A stretch of 63,929 bases of DNA, filler included, from Reclinomonas americana ATCC 50394 (lineage: Eukaryota), in the NCBI GenBank assembly GCA_048213135.1. It is 5 parts of 3 records of this genome, joined end to end, with 100 filler letters (N's around TTAATTAATTAA, not from the genome) between each part and the next. Parts side by side here need not be neighbours in the genome. Positions count along the whole stretch, not along the records: positions 20,567 to 41,789 come from PS015514.1; 4 more parts are not named here. One strand, 5' to 3'. The position numbers and the translations under genes are program-made. Shown here piece by piece: positions 22,742 to 34,370 of this stretch; positions within the stretch are counted from its first letter, which is position 1; each line of letters begins with the position of its first letter. The notes beneath the pieces are model-generated. The model worked only from the letters and a program-made list of their open reading frames with translations. It was not told where the DNA came from and did not search any database.

Positions 22742-25700
22742 TCAGCTGTAGCGCCACTCGCGCAGCGTGCGGACCCACGAATCGCGCTGTGCAATGCATG
22801 CGGTGGTCACCAACAGAGTATGTGTTTGTGACGAGCAGCTAGGGGTGACAAACCTCGCTGTCCTTGCAGGAGCAAAACACGCGTGGCGGCAGGTCTGAAT
22901 CCTCGCGGAACTCGATCTGGAACCAGAATGTGCGACCGTCCACGAATTCTGCGAGCGCGCAGTGAGACACACAATGAATCCACAAAGCAGAGCGGTGAAC
23001 TCACGGTGCGGCGTCAGCGGCGACGGGGCCGTCGGCAGCGGCACCACACGCACAATCTGATCTCTCCGCATTTCCACCTTATAAATTCTGCGAGCGTCTG
23101 GCATGTATGACACCAGCACTGTGCGAATTGTAAAGTACCCCATGAGCCTCCAACTCTCCACAGACCACCCTTCCAATCCACCCTCACCGTCGTTAAACAG
23201 CGTCAGCCGAATGTCCCTCGTCTCGGTGGGTCGATTGTCCAGTTGCATCTTCATCGGGTTAGGCCGGTTCAGTGCGGCCTCACGAATCAGCTTTCGGTCG
23301 GGTTCCACCTGGTCACAGAGCAATAAGCAAAATTTTGTGTACGTGCTCATCACGCGACAGACGCTCAGAACATAAATGGATGAACGAGCTTCTCTTCTGT
23401 GTCACTTGCATCGTGAGAGTGTCGCCCGGTTGAAGACAGACGCGCAGAACGCAGATGAACCAGTGAGCGTTTCTCTCTATCCCTCTCTCCCTTCTTCCCT
23501 CCCTCCTCCGTGTACGTGCTCATCACGCGACAGGGAGGAACCAATTGACACACCCTCATGTTCAGTTCGGCTTGCACCTTGCGCACGTCCAGCAGGCGCA
23601 AATTGAGACGCTCCACACTCTCCGCCCACTCCTGCTGTGCCACGCGGCACAGTTGAATCTCGGGCTCCGGACTGAGGTGCAGCAGAGTGGGAATGTCCAC
23701 ATAGGTGTAGAGATCCGGTGGTGTAAAGTCAATGAGTTCGACCAGCAACGGATTCGGATACTTCATGGCGCGCATCGGTGACATGGCCACCACTGCGATC
23801 GACGGTGAGACAAAAAAAAAGGACACCAGTCATCAATCTCCTCGCTGCCTCACCAACGTTGGCGTCCAGACCCGGCACACGTCGATTCTCCTCGGCAAAG
23901 GCCGGCATGTCGCGGACCAGCCGCATCACCATTTCTGCCGACAGAAAACAGTACATCAGCATCACAGACTTCTTCTGGGTGTAGTGCTTGTCACAGTCAC
24001 ACTCACCCTGGAAGTCGAAAATGTGCTCGGCGTAGTCGGCGGCAGCACTGCGATGGACATGTTCTCTTAATTGACCCACACTCGCATGATTGCGCGCGTT
24101 GGTGACGCACCTCAGATAGTGTGTGGAAGCACTGAGGATGCGACTGACGGGCAGTTCGCGATTCAGTTGCTCCCACCACTCAATGTCGGTTTCGAGGCCT
24201 TCCGTGTCGCGCAGTCGTTGCAGCGCATACTGCAGGGGATTGTAACGCTGCACGAATCCACGCCGTTCCTCCACGTCCGCCTGCGCACGAGCCATGACAA
24301 ATGAGTTGCTTAACAGCACAGTGCATCGCTGAATGATAAGACCTTTAGCAAGCTGAAGAACAATGCCATGGTATCGCGCGTGGGAATATGAACGGGCTGC
24401 TGCTCCTCGATGAGGCGCATGAATGGACCCTTATGCTCGCGAATGAACTGCGTGCACACAGTATCAGTACACGCACACCATGGACTTGGGCGCAGAGACT
24501 CTGCACTACGCACAAGCTCGCATGTCTCCACGATCTTGCCTTCCATGTCGACCATTTTGAGAATATGCTGCGACACAAAACAAGTCTTAAGAGTCAACAT
24601 CCGCGACACAAAAACAAGAAACAGGAAGAGAGCCGCACCTTGGCACGATTGCGCAGCTTATCCAGGCGCTTCGAGGCATCACCCGTCAGTCTGGTCGTCG
24701 GTGTCGTCTCCGCCCCGATTCGGATCAAGTGGAATTTGTTCCATCGCGCCGCCGAGTTGTGGATCCTACCAGTACACCGGGTGAGCAGCGAAGATCAGGT
24801 ACAATCATGCAGGGGGCGCTGGCAACACAGACCATTCGGCGCAGCTCGCCGCCAAATCAGACGCCATTGTGTTCACTGTTTCGCCGAGCTTGACGGCGAT
24901 CATACCGAGACGCTCATCAGCGGTCGGCGATCGAGGCACATCTCCGACACTCGGTGAGCCCGGCGAGACCTCCTCCTCCTGCACACCAAACTAATACAAT
25001 GCACGTAAGCAGCAGCAGCAGCGAGACCGAGTTCCAGCACACACACACACACACGCACTCTCTCTCTCTCTCACACACACATACATACACACACACAGAA
25101 CGAACCGGTGGCACATAGACGCGCAGCAAGCGATCTTCGTCAAATAGGTGCATATCGTGCACAATCACGTCGTGCACGCGAGCAGACTGGGCGAACTCCT
25201 GCCGCACTACTTCTTCCGTGATTTCGCGCGTGGTGGTCATCACCAGCACGCGAGGCGGCATGGAGAGTGCCGAGATCTACACACCACGGTGAGCAAACAT
25301 ATCGCGAACAGCCAGCTGTTATGTCGACCACCACTCGTTTTGCGCACCTGCTTGAACGCACTGAGTGTGGCGTGGCACAGCAGCACCAGATCAGCGTGGG
25401 TGGCGACGTTCAGAATGAGCAGGTTGCAGACGCCGGCAATCAGCGTGGTGGCGAATTCGGCCGAGTTTCTGCGCACACACAACAACGTTGCGGTTGTCAG
25501 GAACCGAGCAAAAAATGAACGAAAGTATCAACCGGACGAAACGCTGGCGCTGCGACTCCGGTGATGCGCACGTCATTGATCGACGGTGCCGCAAGCACGG
25601 CGACGTCACAATTCGGGTGCTCATCACCAGGGTGAACGCACATACCGGCCGACAGGAATGTTCCTTGCAGGAGAGGGATGTCGGTGGCCTCGCGGAAACG

Positions 25701-28700
25701 AGTGCCGAACAAAAAGTTGAGCAGCCGGGCTCTGCATGCAAACCAGTGAATTCCAAGCAGCAACCAACGCACAGATAACCATAGTATGATATGCTCACTC
25801 AACTGTTGCGTGTTGCGGACGCCGATGGCACCGACTGTCAACACGCGTGGCATCTCACCAATGTCGCCACCGCCCAGAATGACACTCGAGCCAAAGTGGC
25901 TCCAGCTGGGTGGCAGACCGCGGAAGGGCAGCATGCGCTCAAATGCAGTGAGGACAAGTTGTTGATCCAGTGGCTCCACACCGTTGCCGAAGACGCGGAT
26001 ACATCCGTTCTCCTCGGACCACATCAGGAATGCGTCCAGGATGGTGTTCAGCTGCGAACGCCTGTCAGTCATTCATGCACACAACAACAACAACAACAAC
26101 AACAAGACGAGCTCCTTCCCTCATACTCACCACTGGAGCCGCCTCGCGATATGCTGCCGAATTGTGGTCGCCGGCTTCGAGGATCTCGCGATACGACTAC
26201 AGAGCAAAGAAGAATAAGCAAACCGATGAGACGGAGATTCGACACACACAAAAGAGAGGGAGGGAGGGTGAACGGATTTGAAGCACACCAGTAGCTCATG
26301 CCAAAAGTCGTGAATCGTGTACACCGCTGCTGTGGCGGCAGTCGGCACACACTCGCGCAACGCATTGTCAAACTGGCGGCACACATCGCACACGTCGCCG
26401 ACACCGTCAAATGCATTCACGATCTCCCCAAGGAAGATCTTGACGGCCTCGCTGAGACCACTGTCGGCCGCGACCGCGTCAGCGCCGAATGGAACCTCGA
26501 ATACTCCAGGGGACGGTGGAATGAGTACCATGGCAGCCGCCGTGGCCGCTGCCGTGGTCACCGCCGGTCCCGCCAGAGCATCTTGACGCATAGCACGACG
26601 CCGACCTCGTTGCTGCACAGTGACGGTTGCGTTTGAGGAGGTCAAGAGCCAATGCACTACACTGCAAGGTACACGCACCAACAAAAACTCCTTGGCCTGA
26701 ATAGTGAACGGAAACAGTTCTTCCCGACTCATTTGCACCAGAGCTGCAAGATGTTGAACAAAGACCTGCGTGATAATGTCATGCGTGTGTCAGCAAACGC
26801 GTCCGTCGGTGGAGATAGAGATGCAAAACACACAAAAGGACGAAACATGCATCTCGTCGGGACGAGACAATGTGAGATCCGGTTCCTCGGCAGCCGCAGA
26901 AAGCTGCCTTGCCTGACGACGAAGCTCCTCAATTTGCTGCGACAGCTCTTCCACTTGCGCTCGGTCAACGCTCTGTGTGCACTCGGCAGTCAGGTGGTGT
27001 GTCTTACAAAGTCTCCCGTGTACAAAAATACACACACCGCTGAAATCAGACGACGACGACGGTCCACAAGCAGCTCCACCGACCGATCGAACTCGGCCAC
27101 GCGTCGCCGGCACTCCATGATGCGCTCGTAGCGTTGCAGAGTGGTCGCATTCTCATGTTGCAGCTCTGCCAGCTCCTTTATGGTTCCATTGATTTCGGCA
27201 GCGACGCAGCACAGGGCGGAGAACACCTCATTGGCGGTGGTTCTGTCACTCAGACTCTGTGCATGAAGCGAACGAGATCAATCAGAGTATACGCGCGCAC
27301 GTTTGCGTCATCAGGATAAGCAGGAACGCACCTTTTCTTCCACGTCGATCTCACGAGTGACCGCCATGCGCCACTGCGACACATCGGTACGCGGCAACAT
27401 CCACTGCGTGGTCTCGCTGGCCGTGCGAATGCGATCGCGATACATGTCGCACCACATGAAGGCCAGGTCGCAGGCCTCTGCGCACGCGAGTCATGTAATT
27501 CAGAATGAGTGTGCACAGACACACACGCGCGAGGTGCAGCACGCAACGTCGAAGATCCGTATCGGCAAATCCGCAAGCAACGTCACCAACGGCGGCAAAC
27601 TCGAATGCCTCGCGGAACTGCTGCAGCACCTCGCCAATCTCGTTTTGCATGCTGAAAATACGATCGAGGTCTCGACGGATTTCGTCCGTCAAATCCTTGG
27701 CCTTTTGCACAGCACGCCGGCACGACGCCGCCCTCAAGCGGCTCAGCTCACGCACCTCCGCCGACAGGTGATGATTCGCCATGGAGTGCCCACCAGCCGG
27801 TCTCGCCGATCGCGATGACAGACTCATGCTCGACACGGCAATGCTCAGTCGATGATGCGCCGATTCAGCCTCGCTGGTGGCATCGACCACCTCGACACGC
27901 AGTTGAACCACACGCTGCGTAGCCATGCTGGCCCGATTTCCTGGTTTCACTTGATCCAACTGTCACCACACACACCCAGATCAAATCAGCTACCGATCGC
28001 AGAGTCTGTCAATCACCGCCACCAACGCAACTCGACCAGTGCTGCGCATCCGCAGCAAGAAATCACAGGCCTTCATCATGCCGGCGGCGCGGAGTCGCTC
28101 GCGGCGAAGACCCTGCAGACCGTCGACCATGCGTTGCAGATCCACATCGTTGGCCACTCGCATGAAGCGCTCGACCACGATACGAGAATCTGCCTCGGCC
28201 GGCAACGGGGGGAACACCGGCGCCGGGGGAGCACCAATGTATGCCGACATGATGCGGTCGAACTGTGGTGAGAGCGGTGTGAGCGCACACACAATATAAC
28301 CAACTAATGCAAGAACGCGCGATACCAAACCTCGTCGGCAAAGATGTCGCTCATGTTGTCTTCTGCGCGCAGAACGATGCGCACATCACACAGCGAGGAG
28401 CCCGTCCCATACATTGTGTCGAAGAACTGCGAAATGGAACGCAGCATCACAGTGGCGGCCGAACCCTTCGGGAACTCTGCGAGACGCACGCCCAGTGAGT
28501 GAAACGAGGAGAAGGAGGAGGAGATCGTGGCACTCGTCACGCACTGGCAAAGCCGCAGCCAATGGCCGGGAAGGCCAGCGACTCGCACTGCTTCTCCGTC
28601 GCCTCTTCCAGGCAACGAAAGACAGCGTGACCGAGAAGCTCCTCAGTGGCACGCAGGTTCATCTCTTCCCCCGATGCGTCACCATGGGGGTCGTCTGCAT

Positions 28701-29674
28701 TGCCGCGAACGACTTGCGGGCCATCTGACGACACGAGAGAGTTCCACAAATGGGTCAGCGGACAGTGGCGAACGACGACGGCAACGATGAGACGCAACTT
28801 GTGTGCACAATCCACTTGATCAGGTGCTTTTCGGCCAGTTGTGAGCCTCCAGGGGCAATCACCGCCTACAGTGTGGGGTAAGTGACATGGCGACGGAGGC
28901 ATAAGCACTCGTGGGATGTGTACCTCGCCAGAGGGAAGCTCCGCCTTCTTGATCGGCGACGCGGCCTTGACAGCAGCCACGGCATAGCTCTCCACATCAC
29001 CGCCACCGGCGTCCTTCAGTGCACGACTGACTCCAGTCACAAACCGCACATTGGGGTTCGACGTGTTGACGACAGCAGTGACGGGGAAGTCGAGCAAGTT
29101 GCCCTCGAACACCTGTGGGCGGTGAGTGAGAAATTGTCCGCCTCCAAGAAGTACTAGTGAGACCAACAGAGGCGCGTCACACCTGAATGCGCCGTCCCTC
29201 GTGCGACACAAAGCGCCGCAGGACATGCAAGGGGAGCACCGTCGGCGGCACACAATGCCCGCCCAGTCGCTTGCTGTCCGCCAATACTGCCGCGCGTCTC
29301 TCTGACGACGCAAACATCTGCGACGGCAACAGCAGCGGTGGCTCGGGTGACTGCGACAGTGGCGGCGACGAGAAGAGCCGGCTGCCCGAGTCGTTGCGTC
29401 GCGGAGGCGGCGGAGTGGCGACATCAGTCACCAGTCCAATGGCGCTGGAGGCGAGCATGCGGCGTGCGCTGGCTGCGGCTGAGGCTGCGGCGTTGGTGGG
29501 TGGCACTGGCAAGGTGGGCGAGGAGTGGCTGGCGGGCAGATCATCGTCGTCGACGAAGCGATCCTGATCGCGAGGAGAGTACGCGGATTGAGAGGCGGCA
29601 CTGGGAACGGATGTTGCGCCCTGTGCTGGTGTGGTGCGCGAGGTCGGCGAGTCCTTGCTCTGACTGGTGCCCAT
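22742..29674 (-). CDS. Large multidomain protein: N-myristoylation motif, macrodomain, coiled coil, degenerate VLIG/GBP-type GTPase, C-terminal PH-like domain
   Basis: About 20 GT-AG introns link one continuous frame from MGTSQSK (ATG 29674) to ...ERDSWVRTLREWRYS* (22742). Macro motifs GNLL..AVVNTSN, WIVHTNGP and SLAFPAIGCG; GTPase-like LLNFLFGTRF and EFATTLIAGVCNLLILNV. The junction near 26290 is ambiguous but the frame is open across it. Confidence 0.72.
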
Positions 29675-29783
29675 GGCGTGCGCTGCTCTCTCACACACAG
29701 GCGCCGCGATTTGTGTTCCGTTTTGCAGCCGTCAGGAAATTGCGGATTGTGAGGATTGCGCGCCACGACGACGACGTCGACCC

Positions 29784-31179
29784 ATGACAGCGGCTGGTGT
29801 GCCTGTGTGGGAATACACGGGACTGCAAGGCGGAGGCCTTCGCATGGCGGTCTCGAGCGGATCACCGCAAGTTGCGCGGTGATTCTCGAACTCTTATCTG
29901 TCGTTCTTCCGCTCACATCACTGAGCGCAGATGGTGGCGGTGGCCGGCAACTCCGGGAGCACGCATGTTCTGGATGTTGCGGATGGGAGGCTGTTGCACA
30001 AGATCAAGGGCGGCCTCACGGTGGCGTTTTCGCCCACGGATCCGAACCTGCTCGTCACCACCGTGTATCCGGACGACGAGGACGACGAGGAAGGAGAGCA
30101 CGGTGTGACGGCGTGGACAGTCGATGCAGAGTCGGTGCAGCTGCGGTGGAGGAGCACGGGGCACTCGGATGTGGTGACGTCGTTGGAGGTGTCGCGAGAC
30201 AATCGAGTGGTGCTGAGTGGCAGCGACGACTGCACGTTGCGGGCGTGGTCGGTGGCGACGGGGGAGTGTGTGGGCATGTTCACCAGTGACGACTACGAAG
30301 AGGTCATGTCGCTGGCGCTGATCCGAGACTACGGCGACCTGTTGGTGGTGTTGTCGGTCGGTCGTTGTCTGTGCTGGTGGCGCGTGGCGACGCAGGAGGT
30401 GGAGCGGCGCGTCAGCACGCCATCGCCGGTGCTGAGCATGGCAGCGTCGCGCGATCGGCAAACGGTGGCCACCGGGCACGTGGATCGTGCCGTGCGGCTG
30501 TGGTCGGCCGACTCGGGCGACTTGCTGTGCACGATGAACCTATCGGAGGCGCAGTCGGTGCGCGTGCGCAGCTGCTGGGTACGGTCGGTGGTGTTTGCCG
30601 CCGACGGTGTGCACTTGCTCAGCAGCTCCAACGGTGAGTCCGTTCCGGTGCAGGCCGTGCACGCTGCATGCAGGTGTGCTTACTTGAGTGCAGAAAACTG
30701 TGTCTGGGTGTGGGATCGTCGCACGCCGACGGCCAGCGTCGCCATCGTAGAAACCAGCGGCACCGATGCGAGTGGCAGTGCACGTGGTGGGCGCGCAAGT
30801 GGAGCTGCATCGCCGTGCCTGTTGTCGAATCCCGAGGACCTCCTCACCATCAGCGCGTGCGGCGTACAACGGTGGCCTGCCGGTAAGCACGACGCCGGCG
30901 ATACACAGCGGCCGGTGCCTCACTTTGTGCATCATGTACACAGGTCCGTGGAGCGCGCGGTGGCACATGGAACTCGAAGTTGCCGCTGCGCTGTCGGCAC
31001 GTCGTGCGCTGACTGCCGAGCTGCAAGCAAATGCAGACGACGACGACGACGACGACAGCGGCGAACCACTCCCACTCGTCGTACTGCGGTGCTTCATCAG
31101 CGAAGACGCGCAGGCGACGCTGTGGAGACTGTCGGAACAACATCTGCGGCTGTCTTGTCCTCGTCTTGATCCACCATAA
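29784..31179 (+). CDS. WD40-repeat protein
   Basis: GHSDVVTSLEVS..VLSGSDDCTLRAWS, VATGHVDRAVRLWS and VWVWD repeats; introns start at 29871, ~30634 and ~30883; TAA at 31177-31179. Confidence 0.88.
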
Positions 31180-31181
31180 AA

Positions 31182-32212
31182 ATGACGGCTGTCGCGCGCA
31201 CCGTGCCACATACCAACTTCACCGCGGTGCCTGTCGCCCAGCCATTCTGCGCACTCCCTCGCTACCTGTTTGTGCGCGAAAACGAGGCCCCAACACCCGA
31301 CGCCGGCACCACTACTGCACTATTCGTGGTCAATGTGCCGCCGAGTGAGAGCGACGCACGTGCGCAGATCACTCGCGCATTCCAGCGCAAGAGCACCGAT
31401 GCACCCGTGGTCATTGGCAGCATGACACCCGCCGTCTCCACCGCAGGGCCCTCCACCGACGTGCGACGTGCGCGCCAGCAACTGTTGCGCTCTTCTCCGG
31501 CACACACTGTCTCTCTGCGCTGTGACTGACTCCTCTGCCACGCACACACACAGCGAGCTGCTGCATCCACTGTCGGAGGTGGCGGTGACCGAGAGCGCAC
31601 GCGCGGGCTTTGCGTTGGTGCCAGGCGCCGATCGCCGCGCCATCCGCATGTCCACCTCTGTCACCACAGGCACACGCGCAGTGGAGGCGACAGAGCACGG
31701 ACTCGGCGTGTACGTGACGCGGTATCGTGCACGGCGTCGCGTGCCTCGCGAGCTGCAGGCCGAGGTCGATACCTTTATGCGTCGCTTTGATGAGATGGAG
31801 CGGAGAAAGGAGGAGGAGCTGGAGACGCGTGCGCGCAGTGGGCCCGACGCCGATGGGTTCATCACGGTGTTGCCGACGAAGCGACAGAGTGTGCGGATGG
31901 AGGCGGCGGGTGGCGCCAAGGCCGTCGGCGATGCGTTTGATTTGGTCGATGCCGGTGTCGATGTGGGGGAGCCGGCGCAGAAGCGCGCCAAGACGACGGG
32001 CGGTGAGGCCATTGTCGACTTTTATCGCTTCCAGAGGAGAGAACGCAAGCGCGAACGTTGCGTCGTCGTCGTCATCTTGAGTGGAAAATGGTGCGTCGAT
32101 CTTGCTGATTTTCTTTCTGCATGCAGAGCTGGCCGACTTGCGACGCAAGTTCGAGGAGGACAAGGCGCGCATTGCCAAGATGCGTGGCCAGCGCAAGTTC
32201 AAGCCCTTCTAG
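31182..32212 (+). CDS. RRP7: Ribosomal RNA-processing protein 7
   Basis: YLFVRE..ALFVVNVP N-terminus, ELQAEVDTFM..FD, PDADGFITV, DFYRFQRRERKREQLADLRRKFEEDKARIAKMRGQRKFKPF*. Confidence 0.95.
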
Positions 32213-33505
32213 TGTACGCCGAACCCTTGCCTTGTTTTGCTATTACCCTGTTAGAAAGAGAAATAAATCGTCGTCATGCATGCATGTGGATTTCGAGCGA
32301 TCAGAAGTTTTGTGTACAACTCGGCTCGAGCGAGGCGCAAAGGACGCAAAATGAGACCCAAGGCTTTTCTGTGCATGGACACCAGGAAAGAGGAAGGAGG
32401 AGGAGGAAGGGAGGGAAAAGTAAATAAAAAACGCGGGCCGCCACTGTCACCCGAGGAGAAAATCAACCAACCGTCGTGCTTCTTCACTTCCCTCCCCCTC
32501 CCTGTTGTCCATTTAGCACNNNNNNNNNNNNNNNNNNNNNNNNNNNNNNNNNNNNNNNNNNNNNNNNNNNNNNNNNNNNNNNNNNNNNNNNNNNNNNNNN
32601 NNNNNNNNNNNNNNNNNNNNNNNNNNNNNNNNNNNNNNNNNNNNNNNNNNNNNNNNNNNNNNNNNNNNNNNNNNNNNNNNNNNNNNNNNNNNNNNNNNNN
32701 NNNNNNNNNNNNNNNNNNNNNNNNNNNNNNNNNNNNNNNNNNNNNNNNNNNNNNNNNNNNNNNNNNNNNNNNNNNNNNNNNNNNNNNNNNNNNNNNNNNN
32801 NNNNNNNNNNNNNNNNNNNNNNNNNNNNNNNNNNNNNNNNNNNNNNNNNNNNNNNNNNNNNNNNNNNNNNNNNNNNNNNNNNNNNNNNNNNNNNNNNNNN
32901 NNNNNNNNNNNNNNNNNNNNNNNNNNNNNNNNNNNNNNNNNNNNNNNNNNNNNNNNNNNNNNNNNNNNNNNNNNNNNNNNNNNNNNNNNNNNNNNNNNNN
33001 NNNNNNNNNNNNNNNNNNNNNNNNNNNNNNNNNNNNNNNNNNNNNNNNNNNNNNNNNNNNNNNNNNNNNNNNNNNNNNNNNNNNNNNNNNNNNNNNNNNN
33101 NNNNNNNNNNNNNNNNNNNNNNNNNNNNNNNNNNNNNNNNNNNNNNNNNNNNNNNNNNNNNNNNNNNNNNNNNNNNNNNNNNNNNNNNNNNNNNNNNNNN
33201 NNNNNNNNNNNNNNNNNNNNNNNNNNNNNNNNNNNNNNNNNNNNNNNNNNNNNNNNNNNNNNNNNNNNNNNNNNNNNNNNNNNNNNNNNNNNNNNNNNNN
33301 NNNNNNNNNNNNNNNNNNNNNNNNNNNNNNNNNNNNNNNNNNNNNNNNNNNNNNNNNNNNNNNNNNNNNNNNNNNNNNNNNNNNNNNNNNNNNNNNNNNN
33401 NNNNNNNNNNNNNNNNNNNNNNNNNNNNNNNNNNNNNNNNNNNNNNNNNNNNNNNNNNNNNNNNNNNNNNNNCACACAAATAACACAAAACACCCGCACA
33501 CACAC

Positions 33506-34217
<712 letters not shown>

Positions 34218-34370
34218 TGTGTATGTGTGTGGTGGTGGTGTGGTAAAAGCGAGAAAGGGTGCGCGCGCGCAAAGAGCAAAATCGAAGGGTATAACGGGCT
34301 CCTGGATGCCAGTCGGCCGGAATGGACCGTGGACCTTGTGACGAGAAAACCCCCTTAACGAGACGCCGCC

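Noticed and set aside
25140..25260. PRVLVMTTTRE and DEDRLL resembling DEAD-box helicase motifs Ia and II
   Set aside because: No motif I or VI, spacing is too short, and the segment fits better as the end of the GTPase-like domain.
22742..28500. Cluster of unrecognisable ORFs suggesting an endogenous viral element
   Set aside because: The ORFs join through ordinary spliceosomal introns into one host gene; no capsid, polymerase, integrase or terminal repeats were seen.
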